A DNA stretch of 64,000 nucleotides from an uncultured Candidatus Saccharibacteria bacterium (GCA_964608555.1 CAZSPU010000002.1:1395-65394), one strand, 5' to 3'; shown: positions 1 through 9,456, numbered from the stretch's first letter. The notes: generated from the letters alone by a model not told the origin. Program-made: numbers and translations.

Positions 1-391
1 AATTTTAGCCAAATTTTGCTCCACAAAGAGCATGTCAGGCATAGACAAAACAGGTACCGCCGCAGCGATACCAGACGCTCTTTCTACACCTAGGCAGATG
101 AGACTAACTACATTATAGCACGGTTTTTTAATTTTTACAACATTTTTATCTAAAAATATCAATGTCGCCCCTTTTGTTTGTGGAAAACTTCTCGAAAAAA
201 GTCCTTGACAGGGGTATCGAAAACGATATCCGGATATAATGGTTTATCCCTGCACTAAATCGTTCTTCTTAATATAATTAAATCAGTACTCCAAACAACG
301 ACCGGTCGTACACGAGATGGACGAATCTACCTTCTAGTAGATCGATTACTTAAACATCTACCAACAGCTGCTTTCATCTCTCAGCCCTATA

Positions 392-599
392 TCCATTACC
401 ATTATCCTTACCGTACTAGGCAACGGAGAGGAATGCCGTACCAAGCATTTTCATACCAACTAGGATTTACTAAGTTAGGGTTAGAACCAAAATGGTAAAC
501 AAAACCAGGACGCGAACCCGTACTAGACGACCAATCGCCAGTCCACCACCCAGCACTGACAATGGCACCATTTGCATGTATGACATCACTACGCACGAA
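392..599 (-). repeat. Variable cassette copy 1 (FVRS...PLRCLVR* family)
   Basis: Reverse complement starts TTCGTGCGTAGTG (587-599) and ends CCTCTCCGTTGCCTAGTACGGTAAGGATAATGGTAATGGA. 64 open codons: FVRSDVIHANG...WSSS...GIPLRCLVR*. Confidence 0.9.
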
Positions 600-603
600 A
601 TAA

Positions 604-815
604 CATTACCATTATCTCTATCGTACTGGGCAGCGGAGAGGCATACCACACCAGTGGGGATGACTGTAAGAGCTATATACTGAGCCCATTCTATAGTTGA
701 TATCATAAACTTTGTTGGATGCGTTCTGAGGGTCAGACCGATTAGACCATAGAGACCCGTTAATTCCTACCCATTCAGCGAAGCCTGACGAGCGTATACT
801 TTCACTACGCACGAA
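604..815 (-). repeat. Variable cassette copy 2 (tandem with copy 1)
   Basis: 5' arm at 803-815. Slightly degenerate 3' arm CCTCTCCGCTGCCCAGTACGATAGAGATAATGGTAATG. 66 open codons: FVRSESIR...GMPLRCPVR*. Confidence 0.9.
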
Positions 816-869
816 ATAACTCAAGAAATTATTACGCAGCGAGAAATTTATGCTACAATGAGAGGAGTT

Positions 870-2180
870 ATGGGAAAGTTGGAAGATATAGTTAGTTTAT
901 GCAAGCGCCGGGGTTTTATTTTTCCGGGGTCAGATGTTTATGGCGGAATGGCGGGGACTTGGGATTTTGGTCCGCTCGGGGTTGCGCTGAAGAACAAATT
1001 ATTGCAAATTTGGTGGAATTATTGGGTGGATAAGCGTGACGATATGTACGGAGTGGACGCGGCGATTCTGATGAATCCAAAGACGTGGGTGGCCTCTGGG
1101 CACGTGGCGACGTTTGCAGATCCTTTGATTGAGTGCAAGGAGTGTCACGGTCGTTTTCGTGCTGATAAGCTGGTTGACGGCGCGAGCGAAAGTATCACAA
1201 CAGAGGAATTTCTGCAGGCTGATGTCAAATGTCCGACTTGCGGCAAGAAAAATTGGGGCGAGATTAAGAAGTTTAATATGATGTTCCAGACGCACGTTGG
1301 CGCCGTGACGGATGATACCAGTATCGCTTATTTGCGTCCAGAGACAGCGCAGGGGATTTTTACAAATTTCCGCAACGTGGTCGATACGATTTATCCTGAT
1401 ATTCCCTTTGGGATTGCCCAACAAGGCAAGGCTTTTCGCAACGAGATTTCGCCGCGCGATTTTATCCTGCGCGATCGCGAATGTAGCCAGATGGAAATTG
1501 AATATTTCGTGCATCCTGGCAACTGGCAGGAGAGTTTTGAGAAGTTATTGCAGGAGTATCATGTTTTCCTAGAAGAAGTTTTGGCCTTGCCAAAAGATTT
1601 AATTCATGAATATGAAGTTCCGGCCGAGGATCGGGCACATTATTCGCAGCGCACGGTCGATATTGAATTTGATTATCCGAATGGTCGCGAAGAGCTCATG
1701 GGTATTGCTTATCGTACAGATTTTGACCTAAAAAATATCGAGCGCGAGTCGGGCAAAAGTATGCTCTACCGAGATAAAAATACCGGCGAGGCGTTTGTGC
1801 CGCATGTAATCGAGCCTAGTATCGGCGTAGAGCGCTTGATCCTGGCGATTTTGAGTGCGGCCTATAGCGAAGAAGAAGGTCGAGTTGTCTTAAAGTTGCC
1901 AGAGAAGTTGGCGCCATATCAATTCTGCGTGAGCCCACTCCTGAAAAATAAGCCGGAGTTAGTAGCAAAAGCCAAAGAAGTTTATCAGCTTCTGAAGGAT
2001 AAATATACTTTTGTGACCTGGGATGATTCGGGCAATATCGGCAAACGCTACAAAAAACAAGATGAAATCGGTACGCCGAAATGTGTCGTGGTTGATTTTG
2101 ATAGTCTAGAAGACAATTCCGTAACCGTGCGCGATCGCGATACTACCGAGCAGGTTCGAGTAGAAATCAGTGAACTGTAA
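870..2180 (+). CDS. glyQS: Glycine--tRNA ligase (homodimeric GlyQS type)
   Basis: N-terminus 'IVSLCKRRGFIFPGS', motifs LRPETAQGIF, GKAFRNEI, PHVIEPSIGVERL, and a C-terminal anticodon domain. Start chosen at ATG 870 because the ATG at 858 overlaps a TGCTACAAT -10 box. Confidence 0.95.
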   Translation: MGKLEDIVSLCKRRGFIFPGSDVYGGMAGTWDFGPLGVALKNKLLQIWWNYWVDKRDDMYGVDAAILMNPKTWVASGHVATFADPLIECKECHGRFRADKLVDGASESITTEEFLQADVKCPTCGKKNWGEIKKFNMMFQTHVGAVTDDTSIAYLRPETAQGIFTNFRNVVDTIYPDIPFGIAQQGKAFRNEISPRDFILRDRECSQMEIEYFVHPGNWQESFEKLLQEYHVFLEEVLALPKDLIHEYEVPAEDRAHYSQRTVDIEFDYPNGREELMGIAYRTDFDLKNIERESGKSMLYRDKNTGEAFVPHVIEPSIGVERLILAILSAAYSEEEGRVVLKLPEKLAPYQFCVSPLLKNKPELVAKAKEVYQLLKDKYTFVTWDDSGNIGKRYKKQDEIGTPKCVVVDFDSLEDNSVTVRDRDTTEQVRVEISEL

Positions 2181-2451
2181 TCCTAAGTCTGGAAGAGCTG
2201 GCCTTGGGAGAATGCGGCTACAGTTTATTGCGGTTAGTTATGACTTGAGAGTACGGTAGGTTAGTGCGGCTGATTAGTGCTTGGCTTGCGATAAGCCCAC
2301 GAAAAGGCTGATGCTGGTGATGCAGCCCCCTATCTTCTTATATTAGCACAGATTACTTGTTTTGTCAAGTTTGAGGCCGCTCATGAATCATTTTGTGGGT
2401 AGACTTTACGAGTTGTTGCACGAGGGGAACTTTTAAGCTATAATGGGAATC

Positions 2452-4257
2452 ATGCCTGAAGTCGATGCAAAAGAAGTAAAACAGCCTAGTACCGTCCGGC
2501 GGACGCTGCATTATTATTGGCGCGAACTTGTCAAGTATAAGTGGTATGCGCTGGGGTGTTTGATTTTGACGCCGGTTGTGGTTTTTATTCGGGGCGTGTT
2601 GGCGCCGATGATTTTCGCGGATTTGATTGAGAAGGCCTCGCTTGATTTGCCGATTGAGGAATTAGTAGCCACGGCCCTAACGGAAGTTATTATCTTTGTA
2701 TTATTATATATTCTGAATAAGGTCGTCTTCGAAGAACTGCGCTTATACTTGTGCTGGAAAATGGAAATGAAGGCGATGTATGATCTGGCGCTGCTCTGTT
2801 TTGATACGGTCTCGGAGCAATCGATGCAGTTTCACAACGATCGGTTCTCCGGTTCCCTGGTGACGCAGTCGAATAAATTCGTCGGGGCGTTTGAGCGAAT
2901 GTGCGATACGATAATATGGAACATCTTGCCTACGATTTCGTTTGTGATTATGATTGTGGTGATTCTGTTGCCGCAAGTGCCTTGGTTTGCGGTAGGTCTG
3001 GTAGTTTTGACGATAATTTATGCGGTTATTTGTTCGCTCTCCTTCCGCAAAATTGCCGATCTTAATGAAGAGTGGTCGGCGGCTGAGTCTAAACAAACCG
3101 GCCAACTATCTGATTCGATTTCGAATATTATTTCGGTAAAATCTTATGCGCGCGAAGATCATGAGCGCAAGCGTTATGCGCAATTCTCGAAAAAATCTTT
3201 TGATGCCGGGATTAAGTCAATGCGCGCCACGATCAGTCGCGATGTCCTATTTAATTGCGTCCAGATTGGAATTACTTGCTTGATTTTGGCGTTTCTGCTT
3301 TATGGGCGGACTTGGCTAGGAATTTCGGTGGCGACGCTTGTCCTCATTGTCAATTATGCGCAAACCGTGCAGGGTGAGCTTTGGGAAATCAATGCTATCC
3401 TCAAAAATCTCAATCGTATGTTTGGCGATGCGCGAGAAATGACGTTGATTTTGGATATGAAAGATGATGTGGTTGATGCTCCAGATGCTCAGCCGCTGGT
3501 GATGGGACGGGCGGAGGTAGATTTTAACCACGTCTCCTTCCAGCATGTTGACGCAAAGAATGCAATTTTTAGGGATTTTAATCTGAGAATTAAGGACGGT
3601 GAGCGCGTCGGTTTGGTGGGCGTATCCGGATCGGGGAAGACTACTTTGACAAAATTACTGCTGCGGTTTGCCGATGTGAATGAAGGTGCGATTACGATTT
3701 CTGGCCAAGATATCCGGAAAATCACCCAACAGTCTTTACGCGAGAATATTGCTTATGTGCCACAAGAAACTTCCCTGTTTCATCGCTCGATCGCCGAGAA
3801 TATCGCCTATGGTAAGCCCGATGCGACACCTGAAGAAATCAAACGTGCGGCGATGCTTGCAAATGCCGATGAATTTATTATGGAATTACCAGATGGATAT
3901 GATACTCTGGTAGGTGAGCGAGGCGTCAAATTGTCGGGCGGTCAGCGTCAGCGTGTAGCAATTGCCCGTGCGATTTTGAAGGATGCGCCCATTCTGGTCC
4001 TAGACGAAGCGACTTCGGCACTAGACTCCGAGTCGGAAGCTCTGATTCAGGAAGCTTTGGAGAAATTGATGGCGAATCGCACTAGTATTGTGATTGCGCA
4101 CCGACTTTCTACGGTGGCGAGCATGGATCGTATTATCGTGATGCAAGATGGGCAGATTGCCGAACAAGGTTCACACCAAAAATTGCTCGAGCGCCCCGAA
4201 GGTGTTTATCACCATCTTTGGGATCGCCAAAGTGGCGCTTTTATGGAAGATCAGTAG
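2452..4257 (+). CDS. ABC transporter fused permease/ATP-binding protein (MdlB/MsbA-like exporter)
   Basis: N-terminal multi-TM domain, Walker A GVSGSGKT, signature LSGGQRQR, Walker B ILVLDEATSALD, H-loop IAHRLST. ORF track starts at 2443; 2452 fits the spacing from the -10 box. Confidence 0.9.
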   Translation: MPEVDAKEVKQPSTVRRTLHYYWRELVKYKWYALGCLILTPVVVFIRGVLAPMIFADLIEKASLDLPIEELVATALTEVIIFVLLYILNKVVFEELRLYLCWKMEMKAMYDLALLCFDTVSEQSMQFHNDRFSGSLVTQSNKFVGAFERMCDTIIWNILPTISFVIMIVVILLPQVPWFAVGLVVLTIIYAVICSLSFRKIADLNEEWSAAESKQTGQLSDSISNIISVKSYAREDHERKRYAQFSKKSFDAGIKSMRATISRDVLFNCVQIGITCLILAFLLYGRTWLGISVATLVLIVNYAQTVQGELWEINAILKNLNRMFGDAREMTLILDMKDDVVDAPDAQPLVMGRAEVDFNHVSFQHVDAKNAIFRDFNLRIKDGERVGLVGVSGSGKTTLTKLLLRFADVNEGAITISGQDIRKITQQSLRENIAYVPQETSLFHRSIAENIAYGKPDATPEEIKRAAMLANADEFIMELPDGYDTLVGERGVKLSGGQRQRVAIARAILKDAPILVLDEATSALDSESEALIQEALEKLMANRTSIVIAHRLSTVASMDRIIVMQDGQIAEQGSHQKLLERPEGVYHHLWDRQSGAFMEDQ

Positions 4258-4308
4258 CTTCAGCGTTCGGAGGACGATATTTTGAAAAGCTGTCGGTAGA
4301 TTTGAGAC

Positions 4309-4596
4309 CAACCGCATATATTATGCATACATTGCCAGGAAGCAATATGGGTACGTTCAGTACAAAAACCATGCCGGCCACACCTGTTATGCATACGTTA
4401 CTCGGAAGAGAGTACTATAGAAAGCCGCGGTAGATTTAGGGCCGTCAGCTTCTGCTATGTGAACGTCGCCAGAATGAAGTTCAGTGGACGAACACCCACA
4501 CAAAACAGTCGTCAGCTTCTGTTATGTGAACGTCGCCAAAATGGTACTTTTACCGAAAGGCTTGTAAAGCCAGCTCCTATTATGCGCATAGTACTC
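4309..4596. repeat. Degenerate ~29-bp direct repeat series, period 58-68 bp (5 units)
   Basis: CGTCAGCTTCTG(C/T)TATGTGAACGTCGCCA at 4443-4471 and 4510-4538 (28/29 identical). Weaker copies share the TTATG core at 4321, 4387 and 4580. Confidence 0.55.
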
Positions 4597-4625
4597 GAGT
4601 GACAGCCTTACAGAAGATTGATAAA

Positions 4626-4671
4626 CTTAGTAGGCTTAGTAGACCTGGTAGACTTGGTAGACCTGGTAGAC
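4626..4671. repeat. 9-bp tandem microsatellite (~5 copies)
   Basis: cttagtag-g-cttagtag-a-cctggtag-a-cttggtag-a-cctggtag-ac. Confidence 0.7.
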
Positions 4672-4700
4672 AAAACCGCCCTATTTCTGAGAGCGGTTTT
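4672..4700. terminator. Bidirectional intrinsic terminator downstream of ppa
   Basis: AAAACCGC...GCGGTTTT inverted repeat just past the ppa stop. Confidence 0.65.
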
Positions 4701-4718
4701 GATTGTAATAGGAAGTCT

Positions 4719-5249
4719 TTACTTATTGTTCCAGCGATCGATGGAATCTTTAATGACCTGTTTGGCTTCGTCAAGACCGGCAAATTCTTTGACTTCGGTG
4801 GTGTTAGGCTTTTTGAGGTCTTTGTAATGATTGAAATGGAATTTAATTTGCTCGATGAGACGTTTTGGTAGGTCTTCGAGCTTTTCGATAGCATCACCAT
4901 TGTCGCGATTGTCGGCTACGACGGCAATGATTTTGTCATCGACTTCACCGTCATCGACAAATTTCATTACGCCAAGCACGCGCGCCTTGGTATAAATACC
5001 CGTAGTCAAAGGCTGATCGGTAATCAACAATACGTCGAGCTCGTCGCCGTCTTCGTCTAGAGTCTGCGGAATAAAGCCATAGTTGCAAGGCTTGACGAAG
5101 GCCATTGGCTCAATGCGATCGAGCATAAAGCATGCGTTTTCGCGGTCCCATTCGATTTTTTGGTTGGAACCAGTCGGAATCTCGACCACGACATTAATCT
5201 CGCCGTTCTCATAATCGCCAGGATTCAAGATTTTATTAAAATCTGCCAT
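4719..5249 (-). CDS. ppa: Family I inorganic pyrophosphatase
   Basis: VVEIP, NYGFIPQTLDEDGDELDVL (DxDxLD motif), DDGEVDDKIIAV, FNHYKDL. Confidence 0.95.
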   Translation of the reverse strand: MADFNKILNPGDYENGEINVVVEIPTGSNQKIEWDRENACFMLDRIEPMAFVKPCNYGFIPQTLDEDGDELDVLLITDQPLTTGIYTKARVLGVMKFVDDGEVDDKIIAVVADNRDNGDAIEKLEDLPKRLIEQIKFHFNHYKDLKKPNTTEVKEFAGLDEAKQVIKDSIDRWNNK

Positions 5250-5285
5250 AAAAACTCCTTATATTATAAGGATATTATAGCATAG

Positions 5286-5315
5286 AAAAACCCCGCCGGT
5301 AAAATTGGCGGGGTT
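5286..5315 (-). terminator. Intrinsic terminator of the 5383-5997 orphan gene
   Basis: CCCCGCC/GGCGGGG stem with an A-run (U-tract on the minus strand). Confidence 0.7.
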
Positions 5316-5382
5316 GATCTCTGTAAACTGATTCATTCTGAGGCAGTACTCCGAAAAATGAGATCTAAGCGACGGCTCAAGA

Positions 5383-5997
5383 CTATTCAATGAGTTTCTC
5401 GGCTGATTGCTCGGTGGCGCCGCTCTGGGAAAGCTCTGCTTCCAGCTCTGTAATGCACTCTTCCTCCTGGCGGATGATTTTCATTAACTCACCGATCTTA
5501 CATTGAGCACCTCGAATTCGAGAACGCGCGTATCTGATCTGTGCGCGCAATTCTTCTGCTCGCGCTTCTTCAGGAGTGAGCTTTTCCCCAGGAACTTGTG
5601 TCAGCAAATTGGCTACAAAAAAGTGAAAAGTGCAGCATACAAATATAGCTATCAAGTTAGACGCAAAATAAGCATCTTCCCGTGTCGCAGTCTTAATTAT
5701 AATGGCGATCGTAGCAATAATCTCGATAGTTATCATGATAAATATTGCGCGGCGTATTCGCGGACGATAGCGTTCACGCCGTGGTTCGCGCCAAAAATCT
5801 TTTACCCAATTTTCGGCCTTTACCGGGAAGATACCCAGTCCTATTGCCGCTATAAAATAGGGCATATCACCTAGATGCTCGCCTGCAATCAAAAGCCCCC
5901 ACGGGAGAATCGTGGCGCTCACGATTGCATACGCAAACACCAGAATCACCACACCGTTCTTGAAACCTTCGCTAAAGTTCTTCTTCATTTTTAACAT
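5383..5997 (-). CDS. Hypothetical membrane protein (about 4 TM segments plus C-terminal coiled coil)
   Basis: Hydrophobic segments, heptad-like EEARAEELRAQIRYARSRIR tail, own TTGACA-17-TACAAT promoter (6050-6078), AGGAGG SD and terminator. Confidence 0.7.
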   Translation of the reverse strand: MLKMKKNFSEGFKNGVVILVFAYAIVSATILPWGLLIAGEHLGDMPYFIAAIGLGIFPVKAENWVKDFWREPRRERYRPRIRRAIFIMITIEIIATIAIIIKTATREDAYFASNLIAIFVCCTFHFFVANLLTQVPGEKLTPEEARAEELRAQIRYARSRIRGAQCKIGELMKIIRQEEECITELEAELSQSGATEQSAEKLIE

Positions 5998-6049
5998 GCT
6001 TACCCCTCCTTAGGCATAAAATTTGGGTAGAAGATGGCCCCATACTTTG

Positions 6050-6115
6050 ATTGTATCACAGATTTTAATTTTTGTCAATGCTTATATTGACTTTTTACGC
6101 AAACTGTGCTATAAT
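6050..6115. promoter_or_regulatory. Back-to-back consensus sigma70-type promoters
   Basis: Minus strand TTGACA (6073-6078)-17-TACAAT (6050-6055); plus strand TTGACT (6087-6092)-17-TATAAT (6110-6115). Confidence 0.75.
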
Positions 6116-6163
6116 GGAAGGATATAGGGTCTTTGGACCTAGAATATAGGGAGGTGTTCTTTA

Positions 6164-6847
6164 ATGCAACTGTTAGGTTTAGCAAACTTTTTGGCCAAAT
6201 ATTCCTGTCCAAAATGGAATAAGTTACGAGTTTTGCGTAGAATTTGCCGGATGGGTTACCATGGCTTGGGGCAGTTTTGGATCTGGTGGCAACGGTGGAG
6301 TCGTCACATAAACCCTTCGGACGAACGACGTAATATTCGAGAAATCGAATCGACGCTTAGTGAATTGAACTGCGAAGTCCAAAATACCTACCCCTGGCCG
6401 TATCGCGATCTGCGCTTTGCAGACTGGAAGGAAGATGGCAGTCCTGAGGGTTATAATCTAATTTCCGATCCAGCTGGATTCGTGATTAGGCGCAGCACCA
6501 GCTATTGCGCGTGGAAAATCTACGAAGCGACTGGGCGCTGGCCGAAGAATCGCGCTCAGGGCTGGCAGAGATTCGACGCAAGGGACTGGGAAAGATTCCT
6601 GACGATGAACGATTTTCGCCGTGTCTCCGCAGACGAGCTGAAATCGAGCTCCCTCCGTTGCTGCATCGGAATTTTGCCGGAGCAAGGCGAGTTTGGGCAG
6701 GTGGTCTGGTTAGAGAAAATTTTCCCGACATTTCACGAACGAATGCGACAGGTCAGTTATCAAGTATCGACCTACGAAAATTTTCAGTACAAGAATTACC
6801 GGCTGACAAATGAAGATGCTCATGATGTAGTCTGGATGGGAAAATGA
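6164..6847 (+). CDS. CHAP-domain-like protein with substituted catalytic residues
   Basis: SDPAGFVIRRSTSYCAWK and FGQVVWLE...VSTY align by eye with CHAP motifs DPxG...RxCxSYxAWK and GHVAxVE...VSxY; GGGAGG SD. Confidence 0.6.
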   Translation: MQLLGLANFLAKYSCPKWNKLRVLRRICRMGYHGLGQFWIWWQRWSRHINPSDERRNIREIESTLSELNCEVQNTYPWPYRDLRFADWKEDGSPEGYNLISDPAGFVIRRSTSYCAWKIYEATGRWPKNRAQGWQRFDARDWERFLTMNDFRRVSADELKSSSLRCCIGILPEQGEFGQVVWLEKIFPTFHERMRQVSYQVSTYENFQYKNYRLTNEDAHDVVWMGK

Positions 6848-6939
6848 CAGGAGCCCCTGAGCCATTAACTGGCAGCCACAACCTAACTAAAGCTGGTCGT
6901 GAGGCCAGCTTTTTTATTAGTTCCATAAAAATGAGGTCT

Positions 6940-7767
6940 TCACACAGAAGACCTCTCGGCTTTGAGTCGTGCGACAACCTCGTTATACTCCGCAAAAGTC
7001 GGCGGGAGTTGTTGGAGGTCAACATAGAGCCGCCCCATATATTTAGAATAGGTAGCGAGAGCCTGAAAATGCAGCGAATCTGCGTAGGATTTACGAACTA
7101 TCGATAATTCGCGGCGTAGAAAAGTACATCGTGCATGCGTGCTCTTAGGGCCACAGTCCAGGTTGATGCCGGACAAAACATATCGAGCCTCTTGGTCGCA
7201 TCCGTCAAAGATTAACTCAAAGAGAGTATTGCGTAGCGTCCCCAGTTCACGCGTTAAGGCACTACAAGTATTCCAAGCTGCTCCCTGTGCAGTGCGATAT
7301 TTTCTGACGGCGGAATAATAGCGCTGTTCGTCTACGGGGCTAGAAAGAGCAGATAGATTAAACCCGAGAACTCGGCGAGGCTGCTCAAAATCAGCTAGAT
7401 GGACATAGTCGTACAGGAAAGCACCGCTTAGAGCGTTGACCTCTTGCATGAGACTAAGAATGAGAACCATGTCGTCAGCCAGATTAAGTCGACGAACGAC
7501 GTCAAGGCTGTCAAGATGGTAGCTACCCAGAATACGAGAATAGCACCATTCTTGCCAACGATTGCGCATCCGCAGAATATCATCTGTCAAAACGTCGATC
7601 CAGACTCTATCTTGAAATTGCGGGTGGTCTAGGAGTGCGTTATCCTTCGGAAACTGAAACGCCCTACTAACGAATACGAGATTGCTCAAGTACTCAAGAC
7701 TAGCCGCCGAATGACGATCGGCTTCCGTCTGCACAGGCTCTTTGTGTATGGATAAAAAAGTGCTCAT
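6940..7767 (-). CDS. Hypothetical protein
   Basis: 275-aa ORF with AGGAGG SD and TTGACA-17-TACAAT promoter (7810-7838); no recognised motif. Confidence 0.65.
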   Translation of the reverse strand: MSTFLSIHKEPVQTEADRHSAASLEYLSNLVFVSRAFQFPKDNALLDHPQFQDRVWIDVLTDDILRMRNRWQEWCYSRILGSYHLDSLDVVRRLNLADDMVLILSLMQEVNALSGAFLYDYVHLADFEQPRRVLGFNLSALSSPVDEQRYYSAVRKYRTAQGAAWNTCSALTRELGTLRNTLFELIFDGCDQEARYVLSGINLDCGPKSTHARCTFLRRELSIVRKSYADSLHFQALATYSKYMGRLYVDLQQLPPTFAEYNEVVARLKAERSSV

Positions 7768-7875
7768 AGAAAATCCTCCTATGTTGGTTTGGATAGGTAT
7801 CCTCTTCTTATTGTATCACGGATTATCATTCTTGTCAAGAGAACTAATTGCTTAGTTCCTTTTGAGAAGAGACTT

Positions 7876-9081
7876 TTATTTCTCGTTATGATTATAATCG
7901 GAGGGCTGGCCGAAGATTTTTTCGTGCTGAACCGCATCGGGCAGATAGGACTTGTCGAGATGAAAGCCGGCCGTCCACTGCTGACCTTCGCCAAAGCCGA
8001 GATCTTTCATGAGACGAGTCGGGGCGTTACGCAGCCAAGTCGGCACTGGCGCACCCATGGACTTATCCGCAACTGACATCGCGCGCGCCCAAGCGTCGTA
8101 AGATTCGCGAGATTTTTTAGCTTTAGCAAGTACAACGGCAACGTGACTGAGAATAATACCGCTCTCTGGCATCCCGACGCGCTCAACCGCTTCGAAACAG
8201 CTCACGGCTAGATTGAGCGCACCATTACCGGCTAGACCAATATCCTCCGAAGCAAAAATTACCATCCGACGCGCAATAAATTTCGGATCTTCGCCGCCTT
8301 TGACCATGCGCGCCAAATAATAGAGGGTCGCATCCACATCCGAACCACGCATCGACTTAATGAAAGCGGAAATATTATCGTAATGGTAATCACCGGTCTT
8401 GTCGTAAGGCATCATTTTTTGACCAACGGCGGTCTCGACGACTTGCTGATCAACCTTTTCGGCAAGATTTAGCGACAATTCCAAATCCCCGAGCGCCGAA
8501 CGCGCGTCGCCGGCCGAAAGCTCGGCAATATAATCAAGCGCTTCCGGCGTGACGCGATCTTCGGCGTTTTCGGCTTTGACGGCACGCTTGAGCACTTCCA
8601 AAATGTCGGATTTTTTCAGGGCCGACACGATCACTACTCGCGAGCGCGACAAGAGCGGCGAAATGACTTCGAAGCTCGGGTTTTCGGTAGTGGCGCCAAT
8701 CAGGATAATCAGGCCGGATTCGACATGCGGCAAAAAGGCGTCTTGCTGAGCCTTGTTAAAACGGTGGATTTCGTCCACGAAAAGTACGGTGCGAATTTTG
8801 AGATTCCAGTTGACCTTGGCGCGCTCCACAACTGCTTCAATGTCGGCCTTTTTGGAAGTAACAGCAGATAACTCCACAAAGTCAGCCTGATATTCGTGCG
8901 CCAAAATCCGCGCGAGCGTCGTCTTACCCGTACCGGGCGGGCCCCAAAAAATCAAGTTGACCGGCTCAGCTTTCTTGACAATCTCGGTCAGGATTTTCCC
9001 TTCCCCGATGATCGCATCTTGACCGATCACTTCGTCCAAGCTCTGCGGACGCATGCGCTCCGCCAACGGCACTCTATTCAT
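7876..9081 (-). CDS. rarA: Replication-associated recombination protein A (AAA+ ATPase, MgsA/RarA)
   Basis: PLAERMRPQSLDEVIGQ, WGPPGTGKTT, DEIHRFNKAQQDAFLP, GATTENPSF, SAFIKSMRGSD. Confidence 0.95.
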   Translation of the reverse strand: MNRVPLAERMRPQSLDEVIGQDAIIGEGKILTEIVKKAEPVNLIFWGPPGTGKTTLARILAHEYQADFVELSAVTSKKADIEAVVERAKVNWNLKIRTVLFVDEIHRFNKAQQDAFLPHVESGLIILIGATTENPSFEVISPLLSRSRVVIVSALKKSDILEVLKRAVKAENAEDRVTPEALDYIAELSAGDARSALGDLELSLNLAEKVDQQVVETAVGQKMMPYDKTGDYHYDNISAFIKSMRGSDVDATLYYLARMVKGGEDPKFIARRMVIFASEDIGLAGNGALNLAVSCFEAVERVGMPESGIILSHVAVVLAKAKKSRESYDAWARAMSVADKSMGAPVPTWLRNAPTRLMKDLGFGEGQQWTAGFHLDKSYLPDAVQHEKIFGQPSDYNHNEK

Positions 9082-9199
9082 AACAATATTATATCATAAA
9101 ACTTCGGCTTAAGAAATAATGCGAACGGCATCGGCTCAGGGATCGCCGCTTCCATCGCTGCGCGCCAGAAATAGCTGCGTATTCTCGGACGTCTTTAGC

Positions 9200-9419
9200 T
9201 TCGTGCGTAGTGGAACTGTAAGTTATGGCGATTTTATCTTCGGAGCTGGCATTTATGGTTATGTTTGGACTTTGCATACCCTCTTGGATTCCGAATTTCA
9301 TGATACCTACTATTTAGGTTTCGATCCAAGTCAAACTTTTCTGCACGGTAACAGCTTTAAAAGGCGTTATCATGGCCATTCTCTCCGCTGCTTAGTACGG
9401 TAAGGATAATGGTAATGGA
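9200..9419 (+). repeat. Variable cassette copy 3
   Basis: TTCGTGCGTAGTG...TCTCTCCGCTGCTTAGTACGGTAAGGATAATGGTAATGGA; 68 open codons FVRSGTVSYG...HGHSLRCLVR*. Confidence 0.9.
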
Positions 9420-9456
9420 TTGATACGCCTCACCAAAAGATTAAAGATTCTTGCTT

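Noticed and set aside
205-240. TTGACA...TATAAT with a small palindrome (ATCG-AAAA-CGAT)
   Set aside because: Spacer is 24 bp, too long for a sigma70 promoter, and there is no clear downstream gene; operator role unsupported.
4218-4433. 71-aa ORF with MHTL repeats
   Set aside because: Overlaps the ABC transporter end and reflects the non-triplet repeat series; no coding support.
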